A stretch of DNA of 63,715 bases, counting the filler, from Octopus bimaculoides (Eukaryota), in assembly GCF_001194135.2 (NCBI RefSeq). It is 9 parts of 6 records of this genome, joined end to end, with 100 filler letters (N's around TTAATTAATTAA, not from the genome) between each part and the next. Parts side by side here need not be neighbours in the genome. Positions count along the whole stretch, not along the records: positions 9,648 to 25,775 come from NC_068981.1; 8 more parts are not named here. One strand, written 5' to 3'. The translations under genes were made by a program, and so were the position numbers. Under the pieces are notes generated by a model. The model searched no databases and was not told where the DNA came from. It saw nothing but the letters and a program-made list of their open reading frames with translations. Each line of letters begins with the position of its first letter. The first letter of the stretch is position 1. This document shows, one piece after another, positions 12,441-24,794 of this stretch.

Positions 12441-12971
12441 AGCATTGACCAGCGACGTTTACAAGGGTGCGTTCAAAGTACTATCAAAGCCGTCTCCTTG
12501 AATCGGAAATAAATAGTTGGCCGGTCAGCTTATTAAACGTGTATCATTTATTTACTAACATTATAACAACTGCCACTCTTAACTCCTGGAATGCAGAACG
12601 CACACACATATTTGCCGAGTTAAGTAGGCCCAGCGGAAGTTACTCACGTAAATGGGCTAAAAACTTATGTAACTAATAACTACCTATTTCAGGAAACACG
12701 CACACATTATACAAAGAATTTCTACCGACTAATTCCTGCCTTTTCGTCCCTGACTAATACATTAAAAATATCTTTGAACATATATTTTAATACTTTATTC
12801 ATTCATTCTGAATCTTATGTGTGTGTAGGGGGAAGGTGTTGTATGTATGTATGTTTGTATGTATGTATATATGTGCGTGCGCTGTGTGTGTATATTTGTG
12901 AGTTTGTTTGTGTGTACGCTAAATATAAATATATAACGAATATATCCAAGTGGATAAAAGTGTTAGCAGAA

Positions 12972-13196
12972 GGGTAGCCAGGAGTCTTAACCTGGGTGCG
13001 ACCCGGCTTCCTTAGAGTTTAAGAAGTTAAGGGCCGAAACACTTGCCGAAGTAGGGTTTCTTCCCTGAAGACCTTCTACTAATCAGCTCCCTTGAGAGTT
13101 TCTTACTATTTCCACACGTCCTCACACTTCTACTCTCCTCCACCTTCCATTTGATATATTATTTGTATTATATTATAGTATATTAAATATGTGTGA

Positions 13197-13245
<49 letters not shown>

Positions 13246-13260
13246 NNNNNNNNNNTGTGA

Positions 13261-13299
<39 letters not shown>

Positions 13300-13475
13300 C
13301 ACACACACTTACGCACACATATATGTATACATATATATATGTATATATGTGTCTATGCGTATGTGTGTGTGTGTGTGTCCGTTACATGCAACAGAATTAT
13401 ATTAAAGTAGATATCTGTGTATCATACGTAAAGAAAATGATCCGTGTAAAGCAAATTTACTGCTGTATTCGTCCG
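12972..13475 (+). repeat. Local duplicated segment, copy 1 (copy 2 at 16735-17173)
   Basis: Direct comparison shows shared unique flanks and microsatellites with scattered substitutions. Confidence 0.9.
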
Positions 13476-13974
13476 GAGTTTAATGTCTCTTATGGATATG
13501 CTGTGTCTATAAACAGATATATAAACAAGGGAGCCGAAAATTGTTTCGGCAGTGGCTGGTGAGAATGCAAGATGCATTTCTGACTCATTGGGCGTTGACC
13601 GTATCATATGCTGACGGCCAACCACAAGCCAACACGAAATCCGTCACCACCGGCATCAGCCACATTAAGTATGATACACAGATGACTTTATATATGGCAA
13701 TCAGCCGATCCATTTTATGAATGGCCTGTTGACTTTGGGAAATTATTCCTACTCGAAATTATGTCCCCTTTTCAAGTGGCGCCATTCTCAATTGCTATTT
13801 GGTAATTATGGTGAATCTGTTGACGGTAAACATAATTTTCATGAATTAAGAATCTATGTTGTATGGTATTTGATATGCCTGTATTGTCTATATTGTACGT
13901 GTGCGCGCGCGCATGTGTGCGTGTGGAATTCATCATTAGCATTGGTTTGATCGAAGTGGTGCAGAGGACTATTT

Positions 13975-14200
13975 TCAAATGCAGTATTCTATATGCAATA
14001 AATGTTTTTGCTAAACTGGGTAAAAACGCTACAAAAGCTTATGAGATACTCCAGACTGCTTATAGATTAACTTGTATGAATCAAGCATCTGTCTTTCGTT
14101 TGCTAGTACAAGAGGCCAGGCAAACTAAGTCCACCAGGGAGTACATGATAATCTCTTTTTTTCGACAGCAGAAGCATTATCTACGTCCTCTGGGTCGACG
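13975..14200 (+). mobile_element. Internally deleted mariner relic
   Basis: YAINVFAKLGKNATKAYEILQTAY..TCMNQASVF (HTH), then ARQTKSTREYMIISFF and FDSRSIIYVLWV from the catalytic region. Confidence 0.75.
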
Positions 14201-14430
14201 GTCAACACAGGTCCATTATTGGTCAGATGGTCAACACAGGTCCATTATTGGTCAGATGGTCAACACAGGTCCATTATTGGTCAGATGGTCAACACAGGTC
14301 CATTATTGGNNNNNNNNNNCATTATTGGTCAGATGGTCAACACAGGTCCATTATTGGTCAGATGGTCAACACAGGTCTATTATTGGTCAGATGGTCAACA
14401 CAGGTCCATTATTGGTCAGATGGTCAACAA
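14199..14430 (+). repeat. 29-bp minisatellite (GGTCAACACAGGTCCATTATTGGTCAGAT)n, about 7-8 copies with a small gap
   Basis: Head-to-tail near-identical units with no spacers. Confidence 0.95.
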
Positions 14431-15306
14431 TGGTACATTATTGGCGCTTTATAAATAAAAGAAGTGTTACAACGACCGTTTCAACCATTTGGTCATTATC
14501 ATGTGTCCTTGACGATGACCTAAATCCCGAAACGATCCTAATCTCATGTTAGAAATATCAACAACAACAAAAAAACAAAACAATTTAAGTATCCCTCTCT
14601 ACGCTTTAAACTTCATTCGTATATTTTCAATCAGAACAAGTATGAATATCTTATGATTAATTACAGACGCATTTCTAATTAGAAGGGTCTAACTTGTGAC
14701 TGTTTTAGGAAACGTGGAGATTATCCACTTATAATTAGGGTTAATTAGCATTAAATCTAAATTTTATTATTATTATCATTATTATCATTATTATTATTAT
14801 TGGATTATCGATCTCTGTAACACTGGCTATGTCTAATTAAATTAATAGTAATTAGGGCTAATATATCTTCAAGATTCTCTTATTACTAATCAGTTATACG
14901 TCTCATTAAGGAAATATCTTAATAGTTCTCTTTAATATGAGATGTAATCCATTTAATTAAAAACAATTCATCATTAGGACGTAGAGGGAGCTTATCGGGG
15001 CAATAATTAAGGATACAATGGCAGGCAGGAACTGTTATTCTTCATCACTAGAACATGATTCAACGTTACCTGAAGACATTTTATTCCAATGTCGCAAAAT
15101 TGGTATTTTTCGGAATAATGTGATTCCTGTTGAGCAATGCAGCCATTCACCATCTGCAAACACCGAGAGTGCTTGTGCATCGTCACTCGACATCCTAGAA
15201 ATAGCAGCCGAATTTCTGCCATTCATACCTTGAGTATTGAATGGTCTTAAAGGATGACGGAACGATCATGGCTGGAACGACTTTTATTTGACTTGACGGT
15301 CTACAA

Positions 15307-15495
15307 CAGTGGCTATCAACCTTTATAATATCCGGGTCAGATACAAAACCTAGATTTTTTTTGGAGAAGGTGGCGGGCAAAAAAGGTCAAACAGAAGTCA
15401 GTTAAAGAAAACTAATTATATTTATAGAAGGAAGACCGTCGAAAGGATGCGTGAGGGCCGCACGCGGCCTTCGGAGCCATGGCTGAGAACCATTG
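15307..15495. mobile_element. hAT (Charlie-like) MITE
   Basis: Ends CAGTGGCTATCAACC / GGCTGAGAACCATTG, internal gggccgcacgcggcc; TSD is degenerate. Confidence 0.6.
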
Positions 15496-15692
15496 GTCAA
15501 AGGTGTGTTGCAGTTACTAGTAAAGCCAGCAAAAACATTACATTGTAATGACAAGAAAAAAACACGCCAACGCAAACACACAGACATGCACTCACATATA
15601 CACACACATGCATATATGCACACATACATGTACACATACGTATATACACACATATGCATAGACGCCATTGAATAAACCAGAAATGCTTGTAA

Positions 15693-15926
15693 AAGGCGGC
15701 GAGCTGGCAGAAACGTTAGCACGCCAGGCGAAATGCTTAGCGGTATTTCGTCTGCCGTTATGTTCTGAGTTCAAATTCCGCCGAGGTCGACTTCTACCTT
15801 TCATCCTTTCGGGGTTGATAAATTAAGTACCAGTTACGCACTGGGGTCGATGTAATTGACTTAATCCCTTTGTCTGTCCTTGCTTGTCCCCTCTATGTTT
15901 AGCCCCCTCTGGGCAATAAAGAAATA
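15693..15926 (+). mobile_element. Full-length tRNA-SINE family B with 14-bp TSD
   Basis: AGAAATGCTTGTAA at 15679-15692 and 15927-15940; A-box (gagctggcagaa) and B-box (gagttcaaattcc). The central gcctttcatcctttcggggtcgataaa motif resembles the Deu/Nin-type domain (from memory). Confidence 0.92.
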
Positions 15927-16074
15927 AGAAATGCTTGTAACAAACAACCGAACAAAATGATTTTGTTCTACAGAATGATAATACAACCTTCCGTACGTCT
16001 TCTGCCTTTCGCCCATCCTTCCATGTTCTCTACATGTATATGCAATTGTGTAGTTTCCTTTTATTTTCTTTTAT

Positions 16075-16205
16075 TCTTTTACTTGTTTCAGTCATTTCAC
16101 TGCGGCCATGCTGGAGCACTGCCTTTCGTCGAGCAAATCGGCCGCAAGACTTATTCTTTGTAAGCCTCGTACTTATTCTATCGAACTCTTTCGCCGAGCC
16201 GCTGT
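16075..16205 (-). mobile_element. tRNA-SINE family C, 3' part
   Basis: tacttgtttcagtcat...gcggccatgctggagcac...gacttattctttgtaagcct. Confidence 0.8.
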
Positions 16206-16715
16206 TCAGCTTCAATTCCTTTAGCGATTTCCCAGTAGCTCTTCTGTTCCACCGAGTCAATGTTCTCCGTGTAGTGGCACAAGGTTGTCCCAAGTTCAGC
16301 AGTTTTGACGCCGTGCAGTGACCACAGTCGGGAGTAATAATCCATACAACTGAGAATGGAAGTTCTGTCTAAGAGTAGCATGGTATCCGTTCCCCTGCTT
16401 CCGAATGATCTCAGAACCACTGCAGCTACTCACCTGCAGACTGTTGACATCTTGATAATATTCAGATGCAATGTTGCATCATTACTCATGTAGATTTCTG
16501 GGTCAAGCAACCCATAGTTCTACGTATTCCGACAGTAGTCTGTTTGTGGGGGCCGATAGTCGCGTGCTTGAAACTTCTCAGCACTGAGCTGCATGTTTTT
16601 TTTCAGCCAATTTGTATATTGCTTTCAGTAATATCAGTAGTTTTAAGCTGTCACGAGTTCCTTGACCGCTTGCGATATTTTCGTATCATCAATGCAGCTG
16701 GTTGATGATACGAGT
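16200..16715 (-). mobile_element. CR1-like LINE RT C-terminal fragment
   Basis: SCIDDTKISQAV (YADD-derived), then VLRSFGSR..TMLLLDRTSILSCMDYYSRLWSLH and SYWE. Confidence 0.75.
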
Positions 16716-16734
16716 CGTAACTTGGGTCCGACTT

Positions 16735-17038
16735 GGGTAGCCAGGAGTTGTAACCAGGGTGCGACCCGACTTCCTTAGAATTTAAGAATTTAAGGGCCGA
16801 AACACTTGCTTAATTAAGGTTTCTTCACTGAAGACCTTCTACTAATCAGCTCCCTTGAGAGTTTCTTACCATTTCCACACGTCCTCACACTTCTACTCTC
16901 CTCCACCTTCCATTTGATATATCATATTGTATTATATTATAGCATATTAAATATGTGTGAGTGTATATATACACATACACACACACACTCACGCACACAT
17001 ATATGTATGCATATATATGTATATATGCGTCTATGCGC

Positions 17039-17078
<40 letters not shown>

Positions 17079-17173
17079 GTTACATGCAACAGAATTATAT
17101 TAAAGTAGATATCTGTGTATCATACGTAAAGAAAGTGATCCGTGTAAAGCAAATTTACTGCTGTATTCGTCCG
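16735..17173 (+). repeat. Local duplicated segment, copy 2, lying inside the CR1 relic
   Basis: Matches 12972-13475; flanked by consecutive CR1 RT motifs. Confidence 0.9.
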
Positions 17174-17174
17174 T

Positions 17175-17760
17175 GCTAATCTGCTGGATCTCTCATACAT
17201 GCTGACTGCATGTATGAGTGTTCCAGCAGAAACAATAGTGATCTCAGTACAGTTCCTTGAGAGATTCCTCCGAGAATTGACGTCTCTTCATTAGCTGCAA
17301 CTGTCTTACTTCTGCATTTTAAAATGTCCTGCAGTCACTCTCCTAATTTTCCCGTGCTAACAATGTCACGCAGTTTGCGACATTTCATCCCATGATCAAC
17401 TTTGTAGAAGGTTTTTAGCAAGCTGCGTGAACTTTAGATCGCTGGAAATTTATGAGAGCAGCTGCATAACTTCTATGAGAGTGGAAGCTTCCTTCCAGGA
17501 TCACCAGATGCGTGTTACAGCATATATCTCATGTCCTCGCTCCGAGGACTGGAGTCTAAACCGTTTGGATTTTTTCCCAGTAGCTAATCTGCTACACTGA
17601 GACGATTTCTTTGATGTAATTTCGTTGAATTGCTTTGAGTTCCACGATAAATTTGACACTATGTGGTAGACATAGTTTGGAGCAATAGCCAGGAAGGCTT
17701 AGAAGAAAAGTCCTCTTGGGAACAATCATAGTTTCTGGTCTGAAAATTTTAAGCATCCAA
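17175..17760 (-). mobile_element. Rearranged CR1-like RT fragments
   Basis: AKTFYKVDHG..RKLR...GKLGE.LQDILK...ISQGTVLRSLLF at 17190-17430; IVELKAIQRNYIKEIVSV.QISYWE at 17520-17650. Confidence 0.75.
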
Positions 17761-17932
17761 CCAGCCAGCCAGCCAGCCGCCTGCTTTTTGTTGCTAGTTT
17801 CGTAATAAGCACATGGAATGATGCATTATTATTCATGTCATTGGCCAGATCAATCGTTGATTGAGATTCTGGAACAGCAACCCTTCCTGATCCAGTGTAG
17901 TTGGTCAGCAGTGTACTTAAATTTGTCTGTTA

Positions 17933-18145
17933 GTGACACGCATCTGGTGATCCTGGAAGGAAGCTGCCACTCTCAGAAGTCATTCAACCACTCTCATAAA
18001 TTTCCAGCGATATAAAGGTCACACAGCTTGCTAAAGCCTTCTACAAAGTTGATCATGGGACGAAATGTCGCAAACTGCGTGACCTTGTTAGCGCTGGAAA
18101 ATTAGGAGAGTGACTGCATGACTTTTAAAAGGCAGAAGTCAGACA
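17933..18145 (+). repeat. Inverted duplicate of CR1 segment 17302-17518
   Basis: The reverse complement aligns over ~215 bp. Confidence 0.88.
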
Positions 18146-18164
18146 TGTCATTGTCGTTACCCCT

Positions 18165-18390
18165 CTTTTATATCGCATCCAACTCTTGCTGCAGATAAGT
18201 AGCATGTTTAGGGTTCTGTATGACTTGTGGGACTTTTGTACCATCTGCATATCTTGTGAGAGTGATTGTCTGTGGGGCTGAAGGCATATCTGAGAGGGCT
18301 TATATGAAGAGTACTAATACTCAGAGAGTACTCTTTGGAGACACTATTACCTGAGTTCTACCTTTCAGAATGTCATGGAACTACTCTTTG
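18165..18390 (-). mobile_element. CR1-like RT fragment (YADD region)
   Basis: FHDILKGRTQV...ALSDMPSAPQTITLTRYADGTKV...LQQELDAI. Confidence 0.75.
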
Positions 18391-18540
18391 AGTTTAGAAT
18401 TTGTAGGAGATGGGTCTGTAGGCGTGTATTTTCTGTTGTGGTTTTGTAACGTTTCAAATCAATGCTACCTTTGGCAAAGGTTTTTATGAAAGGATTATTT
18501 GAAAAAGGAATTAAGGACTTGCCTATTAACTACAACTTCA

Positions 18541-18625
18541 CATACACTCGCGCGCGCTCACACACTCGCGCGCGCTCACACACTCGCGCGCGCTCACACA
18601 CACACACACACTCGCGCGCGCTCAC
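18541..18625. repeat. 18-bp unit (CACACACTCGCGCGCGCT) x ~4
   Basis: Visible tandem units of mostly alternating purine/pyrimidine. Confidence 0.85.
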
Positions 18626-19620
18626 ACACACACACAACACACACATACGCACGCACACACATAATTTAATACACACAACTACGAAATAACTACAAATAGT
18701 TTCATGCTTTAAGATACATTGAATTGGCAGATTTATATAACATGCCATTTATCCCCAAAACAATTTTACAGGCTCACTTCATAGCGTTAGATATTTTTAA
18801 AACCAGAACGCTGATCTATGAGAAGACATGTGAAAAACCGCGAAGAGTAAAACGCATTCTGCTTTTTAAATACATCTAGCATTATGAATTGAGCCTAAAA
18901 GAGTGGTTGTATAGAGATGGCATGCAATATAAACCTGACAATTTAATATACCTTAACGCAAAGCATGAAACAATCAGTAGCTTTTTCGTAATTGTGTATA
19001 TTAAATGATATTAATCTCTCATTGGATGGAATACTTTTTCTGTTGATCTTACCTTTAATCAACAACAGAACATTTTTGTATGTATGTATGTATGTATATA
19101 TGTGCGTGTGTGTGTGTGTATGTGTGTATGTATGTATTGACAACTCTAGCGAAGCAGGTTACTCCAGCAAGAACAACAATAAGATTACATGAAAACCGAT
19201 GCAAATTGTTCCGTCAAAAGACAAAGACAAAATTATGATGTAGCGTGAAATCGAAAAAAAAAAGACTTACTCTGCAAGAATCTTACTATATATTCTTAGA
19301 TATAGTTCCATTAGATTCTTCAAACTAGATTCTATAATGTCCATGCATGCATGACTCAAGGTGAATCCCAACGTTAGTTAAGTGAAGCAACATGAAAGTG
19401 GGACAGCCATGATGTAGCGCTGCGACCGCCAGTCAGACAAAAAAAACTTCTCTCATAATTTAATCCTCATAAAGACACGTTGTCTAATTACAAATAATAC
19501 GACGTAGCATGTTGTATAGATTTAGCTTGTTAACTGTATACATACACGTGCGCTTGCCATGCGTAGACAATTATACATACGTGCATTAAACACTCACAAG
19601 CATACGTAGATATCTGTATC

Positions 19621-19676
<56 letters not shown>

Positions 19677-20416
19677 NNNNNNNNNNNNNNNNNNNNNNNN
19701 NNNNNNNNNNNNNNNNNNNNNNNNNNNNNNNNNNNNNNNNNNNNNNNNNNNNNNNNNNNNNNNNNNNNNNNNNNNNNNNNNTATATATACATATGCTTGC
19801 GTATGAAGATGGCAGAGGAAGGCGGGTGGATGGAGGATGGCTGTAATATAGAAATGTTATTTTGGCTTGATGTGCGCACAGTGTAATGAGGGAGAAGATG
19901 ATTCGGCAGGCAGACACCTTTAGCTTGTTAACTCTTCTGAATCACAAAACAACAGTTTCAACAAACGGAAGTACGTTTTAGTTATATTCATATGCTATCA
20001 ATTACTAAACACAACAATATGGAGTTCTATGTCTAGTATTTATAACTGTATATATATAACTGTATGTGTATTTTTTCAATGTTTACAAATAACACGGAGA
20101 AAATAAATAAATAAATAGTTACCAGGGTAGCAAAAATTCGCACAAGTACCAGCCTACTTATAAAAGTAGAAATTCCAGGTTTTGGTGAAATGATTTTGTA
20201 TATCATAGATAAATAAATAAATGGAGTTAAACGCAGTTGTTATTCAAATNNNNNNNNNNNNNNNNNNNNNNNNNNNNNNNNNNNNNNNNNNNNNNNNNNN
20301 NNNNNNNNNNNNNNNNNNNNNNNNNNNNNNNNNNNNNNNNNNNNNNNNNNNNNNNNNNNNNNNNNNNNNNNNNNNNNNNNNNNNNNNNNNNNNNNNNNNN
20401 NNNNNNNNNNNATATA

Positions 20417-21709
20417 CAGGGTGGGTAAAAAGTAAGTAGGCATTAAAAATTGGTAATAAAATCCATATTCCTTTTACAAATTTATTGAAACAAATGATAA
20501 ATGTTCTTTATTACATGGGAAAATGAAAGTAAATCTTTATATTTCAACGTAAGCACCGGTGGTGTCAGTCAGTTTCCTCGAATGGCCAGGGCTGAAATGA
20601 ACAACCTTCTGAAGGACGTCGTCTGAGATATCATTGAGAACCTCCTGAATCCGTATCTCCAAGTCCTCCAGTGTGCGAGGTTTTGTCTTGCACACCTCCT
20701 CTTTTGCGTGACCCCACAGGTAAAAATCACGTAGAGTGAATTCTGGACTTCTTGGAGGCCATTCAGGAGGTCCGCGACGTCCCATCCAACGTCCTGGAAA
20801 ATGTTAGTCTAACCACGCACGCATGGTAAGAGCGAAATGGTGTGATGCACCATCCTGCATGAATATCAAGTTACCAATGTGATCCGAGCCAGACATCGTG
20901 GGCCACACGCAATTTTCGAGCATCTGAAGATAGCGGTCCGTATTCATGGTGTCACGCAGGAGATATGGGCTGACGACTCTTGTTGGTGTCATTCTGCACC
21001 ACACCGTCACTTTTGCATCCTCTCAACCGTCATGTTTGGATCCTTATCACATGACTCCCAGTAATGGCAGTTGTGACGATTGATGAAACCACCAACACGG
21101 AATACAGCCTCGTCACTCCAGAGGATGTTTTCAAACAATTCAAGTCAATCTTCATGCCAACCTAGCATTAACTCTCTATATTCCATTCTACGGTGACAGT
21201 CTTCAGGTTTTAACTCCTGCACGTAATGGGGTTTCCACGGACGAAAGTTCAATTCTTTATGGAACACTGTACGTGTATTGTGTGTATCTTGTTAGTCCAC
21301 TTCCACGAGCTGCTTGACCTATTGATTTTTGCGGGCTTCGATTAAACATTTCCTGCACTGTTGCCACGATCTCCACTTCTTCTTGCATCATTCACAGACT
21401 CCGTGGCCATCAGCTTTGCATGACAACTTTTTATTGTCTCCGAACGTAGTGTTGCATACTTACCTTGCCATACACGGCACCATCTCTGAACCAAAACAAC
21501 GGAATTCCTCACTTCGTAGCATGCTGCTATCTTAGCTCACTCCTGAACAGTCAAACCACCGGCCATCTGAAAAATAAGAAATAAGACACTAAGGAAATAA
21601 GAAACCCCCATTAATGTTGTCTGTTTAAAAACTGTTTTGTCATGACTTCAGTGCTACTAAAAATTCTATAAGCAATTTCTAATGTCTACTTTACTTTCTA
21701 CCCACTCTG
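20417..21709 (-). mobile_element. Full-length (1293 bp) decayed rosa-family (DD41D) Tc1/mariner transposon
   Basis: TIRs CAGGGTGGGTAAAAAGTAAGTAGGCATT / AATGTCTACTTTACTTTCTACCCACTCTG with TA flanks. Motifs ILWSDEAVF, FMQDGASHH and WPPRSPEFTLRDFYLWG; 41 residues between the 2nd and 3rd Asp, read through one in-frame stop at 20804-20806. Confidence 0.9.
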
Positions 21710-21715
21710 TATATG

Positions 21716-21754
<39 letters not shown>

Positions 21755-21764
21755 NNNNNNNNNN

Positions 21765-21796
<32 letters not shown>

Positions 21797-22054
21797 TTAA
21801 AGTAGGCAGCCGTTTTGTCATTATATATTACAGAGGGTATTAGAACACCTACAATGCTAGAAATAAGAGCTAACGTTCTCTGATGCTGCGTGTATGTATA
21901 TATGTATGTATGTATATATGTATGTATGTATATATGTGTGTGTATATATGTATATATATATATACATGTATGTATGTATAAATGATAGATACTTTTGATT
22001 GTGATAAATAGTTAGATAAACTGATAGATAGATAGATAGATAGATAGATAGACT

Positions 22055-22114
<60 letters not shown>

Positions 22115-22496
22115 TAATATGATATCAAGATTGAAATCGTATGTATATGTTAGAATGGATAAGTCCATATAAAGCCCCCCCCCTCCCTACACATGTAGCT
22201 AACAACATATAATGGTGTGTTAGTGTGTGCAATTATATTCCCGTGTTCTTCAAACAATTAGAAAGTCCATTAACAGCCTTCTGCTACCATCAGATCAACT
22301 TCCGTCACCATCATCATCATCATCATCACCATCATCAGTAATACCATCATCAGTACCACTACCATCACCCCTACCGTTAGATAATTATCACTTCCATATG
22401 ACAGTTTGATAGTCTGTGGACGCTGCAACATGATGGCTTCCATTTGTCTGCTCTTTAAATCATACTTATCTATCACACCTGTACTAAAACAGAGGT

Positions 22497-22572
<76 letters not shown>

Positions 22573-22702
22573 TGGACACCGAAATAATTGTTTACCTTTG
22601 TTTGAAGTTGTTGCCATTACGTTGTTATTCTTGTCCCTCTCTCATTTTCAAGTTTGCATACACGCACACACACACACATATTTATGTAGATAGATAGGTA
22701 GG

Positions 22703-22768
<66 letters not shown>

Positions 22769-22917
22769 TGTATACACGCATATCACACATTTATATATAC
22801 AAAGATTTATAAATGTGTATGCATGTATGTATATATGTAATTATGAATTTATGCATGTATGTATGTATGTATGTATGTATGTATGTATGTATGTATGCAT
22901 GTATGTATGTATGTATG

Positions 22918-22948
<31 letters not shown>

Positions 22949-22972
22949 GTATGAATGTATGCATGTATATGT

Positions 22973-23080
22973 AGGCCCGAAACGTATAAGACTTTTCCAT
23001 TTTTCCCGAGCGTCAAACTGATACACCTGCTCGTGGTTCCTACAACTGTCTTAGTCTTTCGTTTTTCAATAAATTTCAGC
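22973..23080 (+). mobile_element. 5'-truncated copy of the short hammerhead element at 38066-38250
   Basis: gcccGAAACGTAtaagacttttc...tcccgagcgtcaaact matches the reverse complement of 38130-38172; only the 3' half of the ribozyme is left. Confidence 0.65.
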
Positions 23081-24009
23081 TGTATATATATATACATGCA
23101 CCAGCATGACCGCAGTCACTTGGCTGAAACACAAATAAATAAAAATAAATAAATATATATATATATATANNNNNNNNNNNNNNNNNNNNNNNNNNNNNNN
23201 NNNNNNNNNNNNNNNNNNNNNNNNNNNNNNNNNNNNNNNNNNNNNNNNNNNNNNNNNNNNNNNNNNNNNNNNNNNNNNNNNNNNNNNNNNNNNNNNNNNN
23301 NNNNNNNNNNNNNNNNNNNNNNNNNNNNNNNNNNNNNNNNNNNNNNNNNNNNNNNNNNNNNNNNNNNNNNNNNNNNNNNNNNNNNNNNNNNNNNNNNNNN
23401 NNNNNNNNNNNNNNNNNNNNNNNNNNNNNNNNNNNNNNNNNNNNNNNNNNNNNNNNNNNNNNNNNNNNNNNNNNNNNNNNNNNNNNNNNNNNNNNNNNNN
23501 NNNNNNNNNNNNNNNNNNNNNNNNNNNNNNNNNNNNNNNNNNNNNNNNNNNNNNNNNNNNNNNNNNNNNNNNNNNNNNNNNNNNNNNNNNNNNNNNNNNN
23601 NNNNNNNNNNNNNNNNNNNNNNNNNNNNNNNNNNNNNNNNNNNNNNNNNNNNNNNNNNNNNNNNNNNNNNNNNNNTATACATATATATATAGATTGTTTG
23701 TTTTTACTGTCTTGTTCTCACTGCGCTGTTCTTTTTCACATCTTAACTTGTATTGGTTTGTAATAGAAATCTCTAGAAGAACATATTTCAGTGACATGTT
23801 GAATTATATTAAACGTTAGACAAAGAAACCCGGCAGTTTCTTGCAGTAAATACATCTAAACCAAAAATTTTCCATGGATCCATAAAGCACTATTGTGGGT
23901 CTCCATTTTACTATTTTGCTTGTTTCGATCCCCATAAACTTTCTACGGACCCCCAAGAGTCATGGACTCCAGATGAGAACCGCGGCTCTGGAGTTTGAGA
24001 TAAACATAC

Positions 24010-24370
24010 GCCTTGTAGAGACTCTTCAACATGAGCTAGATTGACAATGAGAGTCTTGGAGAATAGTAAGCTAACGGTAGACGGGAAAATTGAATTCTAG
24101 AGAGTTTAACTTCTCAGCACACTGCTTTGACAGTGAAACCAAATACATCCACTCCGCATAAGGGCAGTATCTCAATGCCTTCGGCTTATACGGCCTGGAA
24201 CTAGACAAAGGCTGAAAAGAGGTAGAGGTTTGCTGGTGAACGAAAGCAAATTGAATGAAAAATAGTACCAAGACAAGACTAACGCCTTCAGGTGTGACCA
24301 CTGCAACAGCCTGGACACCACTCGCATGTGGATATAAAAAGCCACGACAGACGATGTTCTGTAAAAAGAT
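24010..24370 (+). mobile_element. RTE-like LINE 3' end relic
   Basis: ...KGLKRGRG...AFRCDHCN..TRM..KSHDRRC resembles the terminal RTE zinc finger. Confidence 0.5.
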
Positions 24371-24794
24371 CAAAACAAGATTTTGTGTCAGATATCTTCA
24401 GTAAATAATTCTAGAGCCTATAATGTCAAGTTTTGCTGTTTATAAATAAACATCTGAAAAAAAAAGCTTTGTATTAATTAGTATTAATTGTCTTATCGCC
24501 ATTACAAAATCTAATCATACAGATTTCTTGAAATTTTGTTTCCTTCAGGATAAATGAGCTTAAAGTGCGGCTTCCATCGACCTCTTGCTCTGGCGAAACT
24601 TTGGCAATACACGTCCTATTTGAACATATTTCAATTTGATGTTGAACAGATAGGAAATTTCAAGCATTTGAAGTTATTTAGGAAAAGATTTTGGAAAATG
24701 GTTTTGGGCGAGATGTGAGATGGGGGTAGGAATACAATTCCCATACAAAATCCTGAGGGTATGTCATTTGGATGTGCATGTATGTGAAGGAAGG

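Noticed and set aside
13030-13085. Permuted (type II) hammerhead: GCCGAAAC...GTA...CTGAAGA (also at 16795-16840)
   Set aside because: The stem II closing bases are C/C, and the second copy lacks the GUH and stem I arrangement.
14199-14430. CRISPR-like 29-bp repeats
   Set aside because: Units are contiguous with no spacers, there are no cas genes, and the context is eukaryotic.
21455-21470. Strong donor AAG|GTAAGT suggesting an intron in the rosa transposase
   Set aside because: An alternative frame reads through (WQGKYATLRSETIK), so a simple frameshift explains the break.
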